This document shows, piece by piece, positions 33,990 through 43,844 of a stretch of 64,000 nucleotides of DNA. The translations under genes and the position numbers were made by a program. Position 1 is the stretch's first letter. Every line of letters begins with the position of its first letter. The stretch lies in contig OY761159.2 in NCBI GenBank assembly GCA_963664395.2, positions 1,696,001 to 1,760,000 of the forward strand, written 5' to 3'. Source of the DNA: Candidatus Binatia bacterium (GTDB lineage Bacteria; Desulfobacterota; Binatia; Bin18). Under the pieces are notes generated by a model. That model did not search any database, had not been told where the DNA came from, and was given only the letters and a program-made list of their open reading frames with translations.

Positions 33990-35064
33990 TGTCCGTATTC
34001 CTGACGTTACTCGGCGTTATTGTCATCGCTCATTGTTGGCTATTTCGGTTTTCAGAGATTCGAGGATATTAAGACCAAGGCCGAGGGATATATGAATACG
34101 GCCAAGGAACGTGCGGAAGAAGTCAGATCGCTTTGTCAATCTGATCAGAGGGAAATATGCGGAACTGGAAAATTTGGACGCCGAGAGGGTATCAGTGAAA
34201 ATCTGGACTGCGGCCCTTAGGGCTGCGGAAAGTGTCCAAGAAGGACCCCGCAGCGCATCCCTGATAGACCAAGCTATTGCCGCTACCGCCGTCCAGCTTC
34301 AGGGGCAGGAAAAAATCGAAGCAGCTATAGAAATGTGGCGCTATATCGCCAATGTCGCCGGAGGGAGATAGATAGCCAGCTCCAGGCGCGAGCATGGTTC
34401 TCTGTCGGCTATCTCCTACAGTGAAGAAGATAATTGGAAAGAAGCGATAGATGCCTACAACGAGGCGATTCAGCTGAATCCTGACATGGCTGAGGCTTAC
34501 AATAACCGAGGCAACGCGAAGAACGGTCTCGGTCAACACGAAGCCGCCCTTACGGACTACGACGAGGCGATTCGACTAAAGCCCGATATGGCCGAAGCCT
34601 ATAACGGCCGAGGCAACGCGAAGAACTATCTTGGCCAATACCAGGCTGCTCTTATAGACCTCGACGAATCGATTCGACTGAAGCCCGACTATGCTATTGC
34701 CTATAACAACCGAGGCAACGCGAAGAGGGGCCTCCGTCAACACGCCGCCCTTGCAGACTACACCGAGGCGATTCGGCTGAATCCTGACATGGCCGAAGCC
34801 TACAATAACCGAGGCGTTGCGAGGAACGACCTTGGCCAATACGAAGCTGCTCTTGCAGACCTTAATGAGGCGATTCGGCTAAAGCCCGCCTATGCCAATG
34901 CCTACAACAGCCGAGGCATCACGAAGAGTGGCCTCGGCCGCCTGAACGAGGCTCGTGAGGATTATCAGAAGGCGTTCGCCTTGGCTCAAGAGTCTGGCGA
35001 CGAAGCCCTGATAGCACGAGTGAAGCGCAACCTCAGTCAGCTCGACAACGACCAAGCTCCATGA
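33990..35064 (+). pseudogene. Membrane-anchored TPR protein with frameshifted 5' part; TPR array intact at 34486-35064
   Basis: About five 34-aa AYNNRGxAK...A(IL)xDYxEAIRLxP repeats; the upstream TM and linker are split over several frames. Confidence 0.75.
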
Positions 35065-35172
35065 CCGAAGCGTCATTATGCTGGAGCCTGGTCGTACTCA
35101 CCCGCCCCCGATGAAGCCGTCGGAGCCGCGTGCTATATCGAACCCCATTCATCGCTCGGTGAGGAGGACTTG

Positions 35173-36390
35173 ATGTACCGCTTACTCCGTCTTTGTGGCC
35201 TCGTATTTCTGGCTCCGGCTCTGGTTCATGCCGCCGTGCTTGAGATTCCCGGCAATGGAGCCAAACTGTCGGGCATCGGGGTCATCTCGGGCTGGAAGTG
35301 TGTGGCCAGTGGGCCGCTGACGGTCCGCTTTAACGCTGGCGACCCGATTTCCCTGCCGTACGGCAACGAGCGGTCCGATACCGCCGGGGTGTGTGGCGAC
35401 ACAAACAACGGCTTTAGTACGGTCCAAAACTGGGCGCATCTGGGTGATGGGACTCACACCGCTGTGGTCTACGATGGTGAGATGGAATTTGCGCGGAGTA
35501 CATTCGAGGTGGCGACCACCGGGGAGGAGTTTGTGAGAGGCGCGAGCGCCCAGGTCCGGGTGCTGGATTTCCCCGCGCCAGGGGAGAGCGTGCGGTTTGA
35601 GTGGAACCAGAGTACGCAACACCTGGAGATGGCGCTCGGGCCAGAGGGCGAGGGGCTGATCGACAGCCTCGCGATGGAATTTGTGCGGATTGACGCCGGC
35701 ACGTTCCAAATGGGATCGCCGGCGGAAGCGGAGGACCATGAAGAGGATGAAACACTCCACCAGGTGACGATCAGCCAGCCGTTTTACCTGGGGAAATACG
35801 AAGTCACCCAAGCCCAGTGGCGAGCGGTGATGAGCGACAATCCGTCGTTTTTCCGCAACTGTGGCGATACCTGCCCGGTAGAGGGGGTCTCCTGGGAAGA
35901 GGTCGAGACCTTTATCGCGGAGTTGAACGCCCGGACGGGAGAGACGACCTACCGGCTGCCGACCGAAGCGGAATGGGAGTACGCGGCCCGGGCCGGGACG
36001 CAGACGCGGTACCACTTTGGCGACGCGGAGTCCGAACTCTGCCGGTATGCCAATCATGCCGACAGCAGCACGGGCCTGAGATGGCGCAACACGACCTGTT
36101 CGGACGGTGTCGCCGACGAGCCCGCCCCGGTCGGGAGTTATCAGCCCAACCAGTGGGGGCTGTATGATATGCACGGCAACGTCTGGGAGTGGGCGGCGGA
36201 CTGGTATGGAGACTACCCCGCCGGTCCGGTTACAGACCCCCAAGGCCCGGCCACGGGCAGCAGCCGGGTTGGTCGCGGTGGGGGGTGGCGCAGCACCGCC
36301 CCTTCGTGTCGGGTGGTCAATCGCTTCCGCTATGAGCCGAGCGACCGCAACATCAGCCTCGGCTTCCGTTTGGCAAGAACGATTCCGTAG
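35173..36390 (+). CDS. Secreted protein: N-terminal SG-x-G-x-x-SGW-x-C module plus FGE-sulfatase (C-type lectin fold) domain
   Basis: Signal peptide; FQMGS, YEVTQAQW, RLPTEAEWEYAARAG, DMHGNVWEW and LGFRLAR motifs. Confidence 0.88.
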   Translation: MYRLLRLCGLVFLAPALVHAAVLEIPGNGAKLSGIGVISGWKCVASGPLTVRFNAGDPISLPYGNERSDTAGVCGDTNNGFSTVQNWAHLGDGTHTAVVYDGEMEFARSTFEVATTGEEFVRGASAQVRVLDFPAPGESVRFEWNQSTQHLEMALGPEGEGLIDSLAMEFVRIDAGTFQMGSPAEAEDHEEDETLHQVTISQPFYLGKYEVTQAQWRAVMSDNPSFFRNCGDTCPVEGVSWEEVETFIAELNARTGETTYRLPTEAEWEYAARAGTQTRYHFGDAESELCRYANHADSSTGLRWRNTTCSDGVADEPAPVGSYQPNQWGLYDMHGNVWEWAADWYGDYPAGPVTDPQGPATGSSRVGRGGGWRSTAPSCRVVNRFRYEPSDRNISLGFRLARTIP

Positions 36391-36621
36391 CCTCATTTCA
36401 ACGCCGAAAAGGCGATCAACGGCTGGTCCCTCAGGAAGTCGTCCCAGAAGGGATCGTTGCGCTGGTCTGGATGCAGCGCGACGGCGACCCATTCAAAAGC
36501 CCGCAACCCGGCGGCCCAATAGACGCACCGCCGGATATTCTTTAGACTGCTCGCTCATTATGTCGAGCAACCGGTTGCGGAATCAACGCCAGACCGGGAA
36601 GTCAGGACCGAGGAGACACGC

Positions 36622-38451
36622 ATGAGCATCGACCTGTTGGACGCTGACCCAAAAGAAAAATTAGGCTTTGACCCGGCTGAGCTTCGGGCCAAATATCGCT
36701 ACGAGCGCGACAAGCGGCTGCGCGAGGACGGCAACGCCCAGTACCAGGAAGTCGCTGACGAATTTGCCAGCTACACCGACGACCCCTACACCGAGTGGAC
36801 CGAACGCGCCCCGCTCACCGACGAGGTGCAGGTGGCCATCATTGGCGGCGGCTTCGGCGGGCTGCTGATGGGCGGCCGGCTGCGCGAGGCCGGCTTCAAC
36901 GACCTCAGGGTGATTGAGAAGGCCGGCGACTTTGGCGGCACCTGGTATTGGAATCGCTATCCCGGTGCCATGTGCGATGTCGAGTCGTACTGCTATCTGC
37001 CGCTGCTCGAAGAGTTGAACTACGTCCCGAAACACAAATACTCGTACGCGCCGGAGATCTTTGAACACAGCAAGGCCATCGCCCACCACTACGACCTGTA
37101 CACAAACGCCTGCCTCCAGACCGGGGTGAGCGACATGCGCTGGGACGACACGAGCGGGCGCTGGATTATTCATACCGACCGGGGTGACGCCATCCGAGCC
37201 CAATTCGTGGCCATGGCCAACGGGCCGCTCAACCGGCCCAAGCTGCCGGGTATCCCAGGCATCACCACCTTCAAGGGCCATACCTTCCACACCAGCCGCT
37301 GGGACTACGACTATACCGGCGGCGACTCTGAGGGGAACCTGACCGGCCTGGCCGACAAACGGGTGGCGATTATTGGCACTGGCGCGACCGCGGTCCAGTG
37401 CATTCCCCACCTCGGCGCGGGAGCCGAGCATCTGTACGTATTCCAGCGCACCCCCTCGTCAATCGATGTGCGCAACAATCAGGCGACCGATTCGGACTTC
37501 GCCGAGAACCTCGAACCGGGCTGGCAGCAGCGGCGCATGGAAAACTTCAATATTCTGGTCAGCGGGGGTAACCAGGACGAAGACCTGGTGGCGGACGGCT
37601 GGACCGAGATTTTCCGCAACCTGACCGGCATCGCCGCCAAGACGGCCTCCCGCGAGCTGGGTCGGCGTCTCTCCTCACGGGAGAAGGGCGAACTCATGGA
37701 GCTGCTCGACTTCCAGAAGATGAATCAGGTTCGCTCCCGGGCCGAAGCCATTATTAATGACCCGAACACCGCCGAGGCGCTCAAGCCCTGGTACCGACAG
37801 TTCTGCAAACGGCCCTGCTTCCATGACGAATACCTGCCGACCTTCAACCGGTCGAACGTGACCCTAGTCAATACCGACGGCAGGGGCGTCGAGCGTATCA
37901 CCGAGCGGGGCATTGTGGCCAACGGGACCGAGTACCCGGTCGATTGCATCGTCTTCGCCACCGGCTTCGAGGTCGGCACCAGCTACACCCGCCGGGCCGG
38001 CTACGACATCATCGGCCGCAACGGCCTCTCCCTCAGCGACAAGTGGGCCAACGGCTGGCGCACCTTGTACGGACTCCAGGCCAACAGTTTTCCGAACTGC
38101 TTTTTCCTCGGCTTCACCCAGACGGCCCTCTCGGTGAACGTCCCGCATGCCCTGAATGAGCAGGCCAAGCATGTGACCTATATCCTCGATCAAGCCCGCC
38201 AACGGGGCGCAACGCGGATTGAGGCTACGCTCGAAGCCGAAGAACTCTGGCTGGCCGAGATGCAGGACAAGGCGCGTATCGCCGAGCGGTTCTACGCCGA
38301 GTGCACGCCCGGCTATTACAACAACGAGGGCAAACTTGATGCCTCCAACGGGTTTTTTGCCGGTACCTACGGGGCCGGGCCCATCAGGTTTTTCCGCATC
38401 CTTGACGACTGGCGTTCCACCGGCCGGCTGGAGGGCGTGGAACTCACGTAG
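36622..38451 (+). CDS. Baeyer-Villiger monooxygenase
   Basis: GGGFGG, GGTWYWNRYPG, FKGHTFHTSRW (FxGxxxHxxxW) and ATGF motifs. Confidence 0.93.
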   Translation: MSIDLLDADPKEKLGFDPAELRAKYRYERDKRLREDGNAQYQEVADEFASYTDDPYTEWTERAPLTDEVQVAIIGGGFGGLLMGGRLREAGFNDLRVIEKAGDFGGTWYWNRYPGAMCDVESYCYLPLLEELNYVPKHKYSYAPEIFEHSKAIAHHYDLYTNACLQTGVSDMRWDDTSGRWIIHTDRGDAIRAQFVAMANGPLNRPKLPGIPGITTFKGHTFHTSRWDYDYTGGDSEGNLTGLADKRVAIIGTGATAVQCIPHLGAGAEHLYVFQRTPSSIDVRNNQATDSDFAENLEPGWQQRRMENFNILVSGGNQDEDLVADGWTEIFRNLTGIAAKTASRELGRRLSSREKGELMELLDFQKMNQVRSRAEAIINDPNTAEALKPWYRQFCKRPCFHDEYLPTFNRSNVTLVNTDGRGVERITERGIVANGTEYPVDCIVFATGFEVGTSYTRRAGYDIIGRNGLSLSDKWANGWRTLYGLQANSFPNCFFLGFTQTALSVNVPHALNEQAKHVTYILDQARQRGATRIEATLEAEELWLAEMQDKARIAERFYAECTPGYYNNEGKLDASNGFFAGTYGAGPIRFFRILDDWRSTGRLEGVELT

Positions 38452-38453
38452 CC

Positions 38454-39914
38454 GTGCCAGCCTACCGCGCCAGCCGCGGCACCCTGAACGCGTTTGGTTT
38501 TGGCGCCGTCGCCAGTGGCGTGAAGAACCACGTCTTCGGTGGCTGGGTACTAGTCTACTACAATCAGGTGCTGGGGCTGGAGCCGGCGCTGGCCGGGCTG
38601 GCCTTGGCGCTGGCGCTGGTGGTTGACGCGGTCACCGACCCGCTGGTCGGCGTCTGGTCGGACCGGGCGCGTACGCGCTGGGGCCGGCGCCACCCCTTCA
38701 TGTATGCCGGCATCCTGCCGTTTGCCGTCTCGTTCCATGCCCTGCTCCAGCCGCCGACCGATATGAGCCAAAGCGGCCTGTTCGTGCGGCTGCTGTGTCT
38801 GGCCGTGGCCGTACGGGTGTCGATGACCTTATACGAAATTCCGCGGGGCGCCCTCGGCCCGGAACTCACCAAGGACTACGACCAGCGGACGCAACTGATC
38901 GGCTGGAGTACCTCCTACGGCTGGTTCGGGGGAGCCGGGTTTGCCTGGTTGACGCTGGCCTTTTTGTTGCCGGAGACGGCCGAGTATCAGGGCTCGCGGG
39001 CCTATCTGAACCCGGACGGCTATCGGGACATGGCCTGGATCGGGGGACTGATCATTTTTGCGGCCGGCATGATCTCAACGCTCGGCCTGCATCGGCATAT
39101 CCCCGCTCTGCACGTTCCCGAGGCCGACGCTGGCGTGGGGTTCAGCCCGCGCAAGCTGGGCCGGGAAATCGTCGAGACGCTGTCGAATCGCTCGTGGTTG
39201 ATGTTGTTTGCCGCGGGGCTGGTGTTTGCCTTATACGTCGGCCTGCACAGCAATACGGACCGCTACTACGACCTGTATTTCTGGCAATGGACTCCCGAGC
39301 ACGTCCAGATTTTTCCCGTTGTCCATATGTTCATCGCCATGAGTTGCGGACTGCTGGCCTATCCGCTGACACGCGGGCGGGACAAGAAGCAAATCGCGAT
39401 CGGCCTGTTTCTGCTGTCGGCCACGCTGGGGCCGCTGCCGGTCGTGCTGCGGCTGCTCGACCCCCTGGTGTCCGTGCCACTGTTTCCGGCCAATGGCAGC
39501 GACGTTTTATGGTGGCTGCTCTTGCTGCACAGTGCGTTTCTGGTGTCGCTGGCGGTCGTTGGTTTTATCCTGGTCGGCTCCATGACCGCGGATATCGTTG
39601 AGGAAAGCCAGCGCAAGACCGGGCGGCGCAGTGAGGGTCTGTTGACCGCGGGGCCGGCCCTGGCGCAGAAGATGGTCAGCGCCGGGGGCGTGTTCGTCGT
39701 GGGCCTGCTGCTGTCGGTGTTCGGCTTCTCGGTCGCGAATCCGAGCGTGGAGGCCATGCAGGAGCCGATACGTAATCTCGCTATTTTCCATGTCGCCCTC
39801 AGCCTGACACTCCCCTGGATTTCGATCTACCTGGTCGGCAAATACACCATCACCCGGCACGGCCACGGGCAGGACGTGCACAGCCTCGGCTACACTGAAT
39901 CGGGGGAGGCCTGA
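38454..39914 (+). CDS. MFS transporter, GPH/MelB-like
   Basis: DAVTDPLVGVWSD, RWGRRHPF and ADIVEE...GRRSEG motifs. Confidence 0.88.
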   Translation: MPAYRASRGTLNAFGFGAVASGVKNHVFGGWVLVYYNQVLGLEPALAGLALALALVVDAVTDPLVGVWSDRARTRWGRRHPFMYAGILPFAVSFHALLQPPTDMSQSGLFVRLLCLAVAVRVSMTLYEIPRGALGPELTKDYDQRTQLIGWSTSYGWFGGAGFAWLTLAFLLPETAEYQGSRAYLNPDGYRDMAWIGGLIIFAAGMISTLGLHRHIPALHVPEADAGVGFSPRKLGREIVETLSNRSWLMLFAAGLVFALYVGLHSNTDRYYDLYFWQWTPEHVQIFPVVHMFIAMSCGLLAYPLTRGRDKKQIAIGLFLLSATLGPLPVVLRLLDPLVSVPLFPANGSDVLWWLLLLHSAFLVSLAVVGFILVGSMTADIVEESQRKTGRRSEGLLTAGPALAQKMVSAGGVFVVGLLLSVFGFSVANPSVEAMQEPIRNLAIFHVALSLTLPWISIYLVGKYTITRHGHGQDVHSLGYTESGEA

Positions 39915-39976
39915 CAGACGCCTGCCGTTGTATCGAAAGAATTGCTCATCCGTGCGTCACCACGTATAGTCGCGCT

Positions 39977-41194
39977 ATGGACCCACAGACAATCGAGCAA
40001 TGGAAAGCCGGGGTCGCCTTTGAGCGCGGCAGAACCGCAGCGCCCGCCGGGTTTCCGGCCCTGCCCGACATTCCGGGTGGGCGCTACTGGGAGCCGGAGT
40101 TCTTTGCGCTGGAACGCGAAGCGCTGTTCAAACAGGGCTGGCTGTACGTCGGGCATACGGATCAACTGCCCGAGCCCGGCAGCTTCATCGTCTGGCGCCG
40201 GACGGGAACCCCCATCCTGGTAATCCGGGGTGTGGATCGCCAGATTCGGGCCTTCTACAATACCTGCCGTCACCGGGGTGCCCCGGTGATGCAACAGGAT
40301 TCAGGCACGGCCGGTCGTTTCTTCAGTTGCGGCTATCACGGCTGGACGTATGACACGACCGGAGCCCTGACGGCCGTTACCGACCCGCGGGACTGGGTCA
40401 ATCCGGACCTGTCGTGCCGCAGCCTGGTCCCCGTACGGTGCGCGTTGCTGGGCAACTGGATCTTTGTGTGTGAAGCGGCCGATATGCCGTCCCTGGAGCA
40501 TTTTCTTGAGCCGGTCGCGCGCTATTTTCGCCATCTGCCCCTGCACGACCTCCGGCTCGTCCATCAGCACAGTGTCGAGGTACGGGGCAATTACAAGGTC
40601 GTTTTGGAAAACTTCCTGGAGGCGTATCACTTCCGGTTATTACACCGCCGCACCACCGACCGCATCTTCGATAACCTGGCGACCAGCCTGCATCTGTGGG
40701 AGCACGGCCACTCGATGATGCTCTCGCCCAACCGCCGCCCGGACTGGGTCGATCCCGGAACCGTCGGCATGCCCGAGATGGCCACCGCCACGACCATCGA
40801 GCGGGACCATAATCCCAGTTATCACCTGTTTCCGAACCTGATCGTGCCGATCGCGCCGACCGGCATTCCGGCCGTTGCCTTCTGGCCGCAGAGCGTGGAC
40901 CGCACCATCCTGGATGTCATCTGGTTTGCCCCGGACTGGGGCGACGGCGAGCGCCATCCGCTGTGGGAGACGCGCATCGCGAACTTTGATCGTATTGTTG
41001 ATGAAGACATCGCCTTTGTGGAACCCATCCAGGAGTCACTCACCTCGCCTGGGTTCCGTGGGGTTCCGCTCAACTACCAGGAGCGGCGTATTTATCACTG
41101 GCACGCAGAGCTGGACCGGCGTATCGGCATAGAGATCGTCCCCGAGCGCCTGCGCGTCCCGCCCGTCCTTGATGACTGGATTGAGCGGGACTGA
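39977..41194 (+). CDS. Rieske ring-hydroxylating oxygenase alpha subunit
   Basis: NTCRHRG...CGYHGW Rieske motif; ENFLEAYH...LH mononuclear iron motif. Confidence 0.92.
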   Translation: MDPQTIEQWKAGVAFERGRTAAPAGFPALPDIPGGRYWEPEFFALEREALFKQGWLYVGHTDQLPEPGSFIVWRRTGTPILVIRGVDRQIRAFYNTCRHRGAPVMQQDSGTAGRFFSCGYHGWTYDTTGALTAVTDPRDWVNPDLSCRSLVPVRCALLGNWIFVCEAADMPSLEHFLEPVARYFRHLPLHDLRLVHQHSVEVRGNYKVVLENFLEAYHFRLLHRRTTDRIFDNLATSLHLWEHGHSMMLSPNRRPDWVDPGTVGMPEMATATTIERDHNPSYHLFPNLIVPIAPTGIPAVAFWPQSVDRTILDVIWFAPDWGDGERHPLWETRIANFDRIVDEDIAFVEPIQESLTSPGFRGVPLNYQERRIYHWHAELDRRIGIEIVPERLRVPPVLDDWIERD

Positions 41195-41209
41195 GGGCCA
41201 CTGCGGCCC

Positions 41210-41558
41210 GACGCTGAGCGGATTTGTGAATGGGCATGTCGAGCCGGGAACCAAGGTCTATACAGACGAACACAGTGGCTATAACTAGGTGCCAAACCGG
41301 GAAGTGGTGCGACACGGCGCTAAAGAATACGTCAACGGCATGGCCCACACGAACGGCATAGAATCCTTTTGGGCGCTACTCAAACGTGGCTACTACGGCA
41401 CGTATCACAAAATGAGTGTGAAGCACCTGAGCCGCTATGTGAATGAGTTTGCAGGCCGTCACAACCAACGTCCGCTTGATACTGCCGTACAGATGGAGTG
41501 TATGGCGCGGGGGCTTATGAATAAACGGTTGCGGTATAAAGATTTGATTCAGGGATAA
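41210..41558 (+). mobile_element. IS1595-family transposase remnant (3' half, in-frame TAG at ~41286)
   Basis: VYTDEHSGY*...HTNGIESFWALLKRG...KHLSRYVNEF DDE motifs. Confidence 0.88.
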
Positions 41559-41589
41559 GTGCGGTCTCCCCGCACGTGCAAGTATACGC

Positions 41590-41838
41590 CTATCTGAAAA
41601 CAGCAAGGTGTTGCTTGGCACATTCTAAGTCTATTTCCAAGTGATTGACCATGCGTTTAATGTGGCCTTTTTCAATTTCAGGGTCTTTTTTGCCGTGCTC
41701 CCCTTTTGGCAGGTGATACGTTTTTTCCTTGTACCAAACCCGCTGTTTATGCTCTTTTTTCTCTATTGAATAACCAGGAGCACACTCGTCGAGCATCTTA
41801 CGTATCTTGCTCATACGAGCGCGCCCTGAAGTTGCCAT
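41590..41838 (-). CDS. HicA-like small basic protein (putative toxin)
   Basis: 82 aa, basic; KEHK...HLPKGEHG...EIEKGHIKRMVNHL resembles the HicA dsRBD fold; AT-rich; coupled to the upstream gene. Confidence 0.5.
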   Translation of the reverse strand: MATSGRARMSKIRKMLDECAPGYSIEKKEHKQRVWYKEKTYHLPKGEHGKKDPEIEKGHIKRMVNHLEIDLECAKQHLAVFR

Positions 41839-41841
41839 AGG

Positions 41842-42354
41842 TTAAGCAGCGAGGTCCAGTTCAGGCAGTTGATGGCACTCAGCATCAATGGTGTTATACT
41901 TCGGTGCGCTCTTCACTTTCTTGACAATTATTTTCATTTCCGTATTTTTTGCGGACTTCTTATGTAGCCCTTTCTCTGTGTACCTTTCTTTTCTCACCCG
42001 TTCGACAGCATACCACCATTCTTTTTCTGCTGGGCTGCAAACCTCATTGAAGAAATTTTGGACCTCTTGCCTGAATTCGTTGAAAGTCTTCGCCTCTAAA
42101 GCAACATCAAAAAGAACGGCCTTACAGGTATTCTTGAATTTGGCATACGCCTTGAGGGCACTTTCTGCGCCTTCTGCAATGCCTCCAGGCTGGACTCCGG
42201 TTATCCAGACCTCCCCTTCTTCTTCGGGACCGCGCTCAAGTAATGCCCGACCTTGTGCCTCGATATCTGCTAGAAAACCATCACCGTAGACCAGGTCTTT
42301 GAACGTAAACAGAAGTGGCAATCTGTCCATCTTCATTTCTCCTTTTGCGAGCAC
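41842..42354 (-). CDS. HicB-like protein (putative antitoxin)
   Basis: VWITGVQPGGIAEGAESALKAY resembles the HicB partial RNase H core; adjacent to the HicA-like gene. Confidence 0.4.
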   Translation of the reverse strand: MLAKGEMKMDRLPLLFTFKDLVYGDGFLADIEAQGRALLERGPEEEGEVWITGVQPGGIAEGAESALKAYAKFKNTCKAVLFDVALEAKTFNEFRQEVQNFFNEVCSPAEKEWWYAVERVRKERYTEKGLHKKSAKNTEMKIIVKKVKSAPKYNTIDAECHQLPELDLAA

Positions 42355-42620
42355 CCGCTTGTGAACAAAGAGCGTTAAAGAGTGCTAACGCATTGATATA
42401 ACTTCCGTTTATTTAGGGGTAAAATAGGTCACGTTGTTGTGAATGGCAAGGGGCGTGCAACCAGGAATTTTTCATTGCCGGCGGTGCGGACCTGAGCAGG
42501 AGGGTGGCACGCTAATAAGATCGGCATCGGGCAAGGTCGATTTGTTTCCCCGCGAACGTGGCGTAAGGGTGAGCGGTTGGGGTGGGTAACAATTCCCTCC
42601 AGGGAGGGGAGCGGGGGGAC

Positions 42621-42718
42621 ATCCCCTCCCTGGAGGGGTGCCGCGTCAGCGGCGGGGTGGGTTACCCGGCGGCCCCAGAGGAGTTGCCGGATTACGCTGC
42701 GCTCATCCGACCTACGGG
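42621..42718. repeat. Composite REP-like element (CCCCTCCC...GGGGTGGG palindrome plus GTAG-type REP)
   Basis: ATCCCCTCCCTGGAGGGGTGCCGCGTCAGCGGCGGGGTGGGT...CGGATTACGCTGCGCTCATCCGACCTAC; near-identical copy at 45077-45168. Confidence 0.85.
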
Positions 42719-42729
42719 ATTGCGGCGGT

Positions 42730-42782
42730 AATGCCATAGAAACGCAGGGCATTCGTCCCCAGGACCTTGCGCTGGTCAGCGC
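42730..42782. repeat. 53-bp direct repeat, left copy (duplicate of the amidohydrolase 3' end)
   Basis: Matches 50460-50512 with one mismatch. Confidence 0.92.
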
Positions 42783-42920
42783 CGGGGGAGTAGCGGCGAT
42801 ACTCCGCAAATTCGAGCCCCGCCCCACGGCGCAGCGAAACATGGCCACCGGGACGGCTACCAAGAAAGCGGCGTCTGGTCTGAATGCGTAATGTTTCCAG
42901 CCGAGACAAATAGTCTGCGC
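42783..42920 (-). pseudogene. DUF58 N-terminal fragment fused in frame to the repeat
   Basis: LSRLETLRI...RRGAGLEFAEYRRYSPG (DUF58 signature), then ADQRKVLGTNALRFYGI from the amidohydrolase. Confidence 0.75.
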
Positions 42921-43053
42921 TGAATAAGGGTGGTAACGCCTGGGCTCCTATTCGCCTGGGTCACTGGCTCATATCGGAACTTATACCAGCGATATTTCTT
43001 TGTCGATTTAGTGATATATCTTCTAGCCGAGAGGATTTTTACACCATCTCAAT

Positions 43054-43830
43054 ATGGAAAAGGCAGTGATATATCCCCCAAGAGCAGTCTGGAAGGCGTT
43101 CCCGGATGCCGTGTTGCTAGCTGATGAATTGGCAGTCAAGCAACATCCCGACTATTCCCGTGCGAAGGCGGGTGATGTGAGGGCCGCGACGAGCCTGGTC
43201 AGTCAGATGGTTGACGAAACAGGGGTTGATACGGTTCGGACGTTGATCGCTCACGTCGGTACGAGCGATACGCCCATGTTCGTCAGCGCTCACGCTTACG
43301 AACGCCACGGTGTCAACGCAATTCCAGGCGCGTTGGCTTCATTCCTGAGCGAACGGACCGGTATCCCGTATGAGACTGTCGTTGTGCAAACCAATATCGT
43401 TTCCCATACGAGTGCGGATGGTTATGGTCGCCTCGCCCGTCAAGCCTGTTTCGGGGGTCAGGTCGATAGGGGCCGTGAATACGTGATGGTGGAGGACGAC
43501 TTCGTCGGGCAGGGAGGCACACTGGCGAATCTGCGTGGCTGGATAGAGAAACAGAGAGGCAGGGCTGTCGGAGCCATTGCGCTGACCGGCAAACCCTATT
43601 CCGCTAAACTGAGCCCATCAAAGGAGCAACGCTATGAACTCCGACAACGACACGGAGCGGACTTTGAAGAATGGTGGCAAGAACATTTCGGGCACTCCTT
43701 CGATTGCCTTACTCAATCGGAGGCTCGGTACCTCACCCGCTCCCCGGATGTTGACACCATACGAAATAAACTTGCTGCGGCAAAGCAAGAAGGAAGTAGC
43801 CGAGGTCGCACGCGCAATCCTCACGGATAA
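43054..43830 (+). CDS. Phosphoribosyltransferase-fold protein of mobile/conflict type
   Basis: HPDYSRAKAGD, NAIP and VEDDFVGQGGTL (PRPP-binding loop) motifs. Confidence 0.78.
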   Translation: MEKAVIYPPRAVWKAFPDAVLLADELAVKQHPDYSRAKAGDVRAATSLVSQMVDETGVDTVRTLIAHVGTSDTPMFVSAHAYERHGVNAIPGALASFLSERTGIPYETVVVQTNIVSHTSADGYGRLARQACFGGQVDRGREYVMVEDDFVGQGGTLANLRGWIEKQRGRAVGAIALTGKPYSAKLSPSKEQRYELRQRHGADFEEWWQEHFGHSFDCLTQSEARYLTRSPDVDTIRNKLAAAKQEGSSRGRTRNPHG

Positions 43831-43844
43831 AAACGACGCGTAAA

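Noticed and set aside
41286-41288. In-frame TAG in the IS1595 transposase as possible recoding
   Set aside because: The gene is also 5'-truncated; a simple nonsense mutation is more likely.
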